Source: Takakia lepidozioides | Lineage: Eukaryota > Plantae > Bryophyta | Direction: 5' to 3' | NCBI GenBank assembly: GCA_030704615.1 | Contig: CM060731.1 | Span: forward strand, 73,532,001 to 73,596,000 | Length of the DNA stretch: 64,000 bases | Shown: in pieces, positions 59,401-64,000 of the stretch | How positions within the stretch are numbered: the stretch's first letter is position 1 | Layout of the letters: every line of letters begins with the position of its first letter | Notes under the pieces: generated by a model | Seen by the model: only the letters and a program-made list of their open reading frames with translations | Told to the model about the DNA's origin: nothing | The model's database searches: none | Made by a program: the position numbers and the translations under genes

Positions 59401-61710
59401 GACGCGGCGTTTAACATATGTTTTTATTTTTTTAGTTTTAATTTAATTTAATTCAATTTTTTAAATCAATTGCGCCTCGCCACGTGGCGCGGCAGCGGCG
59501 GCTGTAGTATGGTATATATGACTGCAGTGAGAGATATCACTTGGTTCATATGACTGTAGTCATCCGGACCATACCATCATGTACTCATTATATTGACTTG
59601 GTTTGCACGACTTACAGTCATAGAAGTCATATGTACCGTTTATGACTGTAGAATAGTCATATATACAGTCATAAATACCGCAATCTGTTGTAGTGTTTGT
59701 ATTTCCCATGTAAATGAGGGAACAAGTTCTATACCTAGGTAGGTGTAGGGTTCGTCTGGGCCTAGGAAGGGGAAGTTTTGCTCTTATAGTGAATGTGGTG
59801 ATTACAATGTGTGACAATAATGGCTTTAGTGAACTTGCTGTGGTGGGTGGCTGCGGTGACAGTGCATTTGTGCAGACTTAGCTCCATGCCAAACCATTGG
59901 TTGAATCGAAGTAATTTGTCCACTTGTCGATTAAGATGTTGAGGTTTGTGGGCTAAGATGGCAAGATCGTCACCATATGCTGCAGCAGAGATTTCATTAG
60001 CAGAGGTTTTGTAGTGATAGCCTAGTTTGCCACGATCAATCCATCTTAGGAGTGGTTCTAAAATGATGATAAAGAGATAGGGGCTTAAGGTGTCGCCTTG
60101 AATGGTACCTCGTAGTATTGGAGTAGGAGGGGTGGAGCCGTAGTATGAACCAGAGTATTCCGTGGAACTACCAATATAGATGTTACCTATGAGTTGAATG
60201 GCATCCGTCGGGTAGCCTAGATCTGTCATAATGGTAAGAAGTCGGGCATAATCCAGGGATCCGAAGGCATTTTTAAAATCAATGTATAGGAGGTAGATGT
60301 CTTGCTTAGTGAGTTTGTCGTCTTCTAACACAGATAGTACATATTGTATTTGTCGAGTAGTGTTCCGGGTGACTCGAAAACCTTCTTGGGGATTGTTAAG
60401 AATGCGGTGATGTTCACCATAATTGGGGAGCATCGTGGTCAGCGTGCTAGTAAATAGTTTGTATATGGTGTTAGCCAGAGCTATTGGAAGGTAGTTGCCG
60501 AGATTGGTGGGGTCTCCTTTTTTTATATAGGAGGATAGTGCGACTATGCTTCCATGAGGGGGGATACGGCGAAGACAGTAACAGAGTTGAAAAAATCTAA
60601 ATAGAAGGGAGTGAAATTGGGGATCAAGTGCTTGAAGTATGGCATTGGGGATGAGGTCGGGGCCGGGGGCCTTATATTTGGAGAGGGCTTTTAGGCATGA
60701 ATCATAGAGAGCCTTGGTGAAGGAACTTAGGATACTATCATCAGAGGAGCCACGTTGATTGAGGGAGAATCCGTCAAGGTCGTGCCATGGATAGTGTTTA
60801 ACTTGACAAAGGCAGCCAGGGGCATGCTTACTGGGGTGTAGGCAATTCATGACTGTAGGTGTGTAAGATGCCGAGATGGGGGGGTTGAGAGCAGGGTTGA
60901 AGATAGCTTTGTGGGCGCGTTTAGGATGGTCATGTAAGATTGCCCAAGGAAGAGATAAATTTCTTATGATTGGCAGTGGCTTTTTGTTTAGTAATATTAT
61001 ATACAGCCTTTTTGGCGTCTTTGCCTGTTTTGGCTAGGGCGGCAATCCATTGAGGTAGAGTAGAGGGGTCAGAAGGGGGGGTTAAGAGTGATTGACATGT
61101 TGGGATAGCGTTTAAGCATGAGATACGGCGGTCACTTCTCCAGTTGTTGAACTGGTTAATAGTGGGTGGGTTGGGGATAATAGTGAGAGCACGTCGTATG
61201 ATGTGGTAAGTGTTAAGATGAGAGGTCCATTCCCGTTTTTGGGTTCGTGTGAGGTAGCCCCCGTTCTGTTGTGAACGTGTGGTTTGAGGGATTTCTAGAG
61301 GGGCAGAGCAGGTGGCTAATACACTTTTTGTCATTAGTTGTTGGATGGATGTGAGAGTGAGTTCGGCTTCAAGCCAAGTAATGTCCGGGTGTTGAGAAAG
61401 GTTCGAGTTGGAGAGAATGTGGGAGAGTTTGAGTATTAAGGTGGAAGCGATTGGTTGGAAATGAGTTTTGAAGGCGGCGATATTGCGTTGGGGGAGGGAC
61501 GAGAGGAGACGTGGTTGGGGGGCTGGTAGGTGTACGTCTGGAACGGGTCGGAAGGGGCCAAGCGATGGAGGAAGGGAGAGGGATATAGGGTAGTGGTCGG
61601 AGTTACATAGACTATCGATGTGTACATGGCTCGTAAGATATGAGGGGATGGCCTCACTAGTTCTAAGGTAAAATCCGTCTATGAGGCTTAGTGAAGAATA
61701 GTTGAGTCTT
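56448..61710 (-). mobile_element. Dualen/RandI-like non-LTR retrotransposon (RT, chromodomain, PCIF1-like MTase region), interrupted by three other elements
   Basis: RT ORF 59762-60850: KAPGPD, QEGFR, YIDFKNAF, RGTIQGDTLSPYLF..LEPLLRW, YGDDL. The clade call rests on RT signature plus downstream RNase H; the endonuclease domains are not visible. Confidence 0.8.
58846..59695. mobile_element. Non-autonomous CACTA element (850 bp), TSD TTT
   Basis: CACTACAACAGATCGCGGTAGTTATGACTG ... CAGTCATAAATACCGCAATCTGTTGTAGTG; TTT on both sides; many ATGACT/AGTCAT subterminal repeats. Confidence 0.93.
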
Positions 61711-64000
61711 TGTCATGCGCATACATATCGCTACACAACTACATCGCTGTCCAAAACCACACAACACATGTGCACGCCACACACTAGTATATCACTAGTC
61801 CACCACTAGTCCAGCCACTAGGCTACAACTAGTCAGTCACTAGGCTGCCACTATGCTGCCCACTATGGCAGTCACTAGTCCACACAATCGCCCCCCTAGA
61901 ACTCGATAGATCAAGAGGCCGGGTGCAAGAGTTGCCCCATCGTTAGTCGCCGTCTTGCAACTTGTGAACTTGAGCTTGGGATCTCATGTATTGACTCCTA
62001 TGAGCTTGGCCTCCCATGTCTTGTTAGCTGCCTCCAGTCATGTCCACTGCCACTATCCCAAGCAGTGTGGACACAACCAATCTCCGTCAGGAACCTTATC
62101 AAGAGTGGTGTCAAGCATTCCATTTGCCAACCCTTGAGCATCGATCACACACCCGCATGGTGGCTGCCCCTTTGGCAGACCCACAGAGCATGCACCTCAA
62201 ACCTGCAGGTACCAAACTACCAAGTTTGGGTCACTCTGCCATCGACATTGGAAGGTGACATGGCGCATAATTACGCACATGGTCCTTCCAAGTCATGCCA
62301 TCCCGACCCTCCAAGATCAGGACCCCTGAGGGCAACACCTCTCGAACCCTCAGAATAACCCCCCTGCAGTAACATCCAGAGTCGTAGGAGTAGTCTGCTA
62401 CAAATAAACATAGTCACCAGGGCTAAATCTCCGAACCCAGGACGATATCCTCCACCACGTATAGTGGCATACCTCAACGTATCACGGTGTTTGTGCAATG
62501 GCAAGGTTCTCAAAGCCATGGGCATGACTTTCTTGAACAACTCTGCACGCTGATCACATGCACGTACCCACACTTCCGGATCGTCAAAGGTTAAGGACTT
62601 GAGCAGTGTCCCTACTAATGGTTGCAGGCAAATCCGGCTCTCGGCCAAGAGAAGGAAATATGGTGAGAAGGAAGGAAGTGATGCTTGTTTGCTGAACCTG
62701 TAGCCCATGGCTAACCAAGGAACCTGAAGATCTCAATCTCCTAGGTGTCCCTTCTGGCAAGCCATACTTGCGCAAACCCCTCTTCACCGTCTGAACAAGT
62801 CTCTCTGCCAAGCCATCGGCCTCAGGATGATCCCGAGAATGGTGCGGTGGTCTATCAAGGCTTTATCACACAAAGCCTGAAACTACTCCCCCAAGAACTC
62901 TCTCCCTTGGTCCGTGAGTACCCTCAGTTGGAGCACAAATCGGCTAAGCACACGATCCAAGAATGCATACGCAGCCCCCTCACTAGCTTTGTCAGGCAAT
63001 GGAACAACTCAATCCACTTGGAGAAGTGCTCCACCATCACCAACACATATCTGTGGTGGCGCATAGTCAGTGGCAACGGTCCTGCGAAGTCAGACTCCAC
63101 CTGTAACCCAATCCCATGATTGGTAAAGGATGCAACTGTGGTGTAGGGGCGTTGAATGAAGCACGCACCCTGTCACACATCATGCACCTAGCCACAAACT
63201 GTTGTACCTCTGTATACATACCACGCCACCAATACTGCCCCTGCAGTAAACTGTGAGTGCGTTGCACTCCAAAATGCCCCAACTCCTCATGGGCATGCCG
63301 CACTAACCGTGCACGCTGTGTGGGGTTGAGGCACAATCCGCACCCGACATCCTCCCATACTCGGAGCAGGTGTATCCCCTCCCACTTGAATCTCTTGGCT
63401 CGTTGCAGGATCCTACCCTCTCCTTGGTCAGTCACAGTGGCTGCCCTGTCTCCAGTACGGAGGTAGTCCAACACAGCCGAATCCTCATGTATATCTCTGG
63501 TATCACCTGGCTCATCACTAACCTCAGGGTCCTTAGACACTCCATCTACAGTCATCCCTGTTGTAGGTCCAACCTGACCTCCCGATGCCAAGATACACAA
63601 AAAGACAGATGCATGCCATCCCGACACTATCTCCTCGTCCGTCTCACCATGCCACCGAGCTCCAGTGTCATCCTGCTGGCTCGTGCATGGATTGCGACTC
63701 AATCATCCGCATCCCAATTGACCAAACCCGTCGATGCACAACCTGAAAGTCATACTCCTGGAGTATGAGTGCCCACCGTGCAAGCTTCCCCGTAAGCTTG
63801 TCTGACTCCATCAACCACTTGAGTGGCTGGTGATCCGTGACAAGGATGAAGAGATTGCCGTATAGATAGCACCTGAATTGTGCCACGGCCCACTCTGTAG
63901 CTAAGCACTCTCCCTCATATAAGCTGTACTTAGCCTCTACAGCGTTGTTTGAGCGGCTAGCATAAGCCACTACGAACTCTCTTCCCTCATCCACCTATGT
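61711..64000 (-). mobile_element. Third copy of the DNMT/PHD Gypsy family (RNase H end, integrase, PHD, PPT, LTR half B); continues beyond the window
   Basis: Reverse-complement match to ~28490-30862. Ends at ...GCGCATGACA (61711) directly against LINE sequence, with no A-B block after it. Confidence 0.95.

Overview
This is eukaryotic DNA, most likely from a seed-free land plant: it has spliced genes, a PLS-class PPR editing factor and the thylakoid-lumen immunophilin FKBP20-2. Two transposon nests flank a small gene island. Left (1 to ~35.7 kb) is a decayed giant Mutator-like DNA transposon. It carries a GCM-like/DDE transposase, a spliced ParB-like + beta-class amino-methyltransferase-like gene whose introns hold 20 copies of a 24-bp palindrome, and a long Ulp1-protease gene. 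That gene is split by a 16.8-kb Ty3/Gypsy composite (14612-31380, TSD GTCT). The Gypsy family encodes a DNMT3-like C5 cytosine methyltransferase between protease and RT and a PHD finger after a DDE integrase. It has permuted LTRs (A-internal-B-A-B; a second copy ends in B alone) whose integrated ends map to a palindrome, GACA-GC-TGTC, inside the LTR. That is the pattern expected if 2-LTR and 1-LTR circles are the integration substrates, and it is the top finding. The middle (37-46 kb) holds a PPR gene with a decayed DYW tail, FKBP20-2, and the 3' end of a gene built from duplicated 33-bp micro-exons. Right (46.4-64 kb) holds a TTAA/piggyBac-like non-autonomous element and two Dualen/RandI-like LINE copies with chromodomain, PCIF1-like methyltransferase and RNase H regions. 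It also holds a CACTA element with an inverted left end and gag filler DNA, a small CACTA, and another DNMT-Gypsy family copy. All domain calls are by-eye motif recognition; no searches were run.
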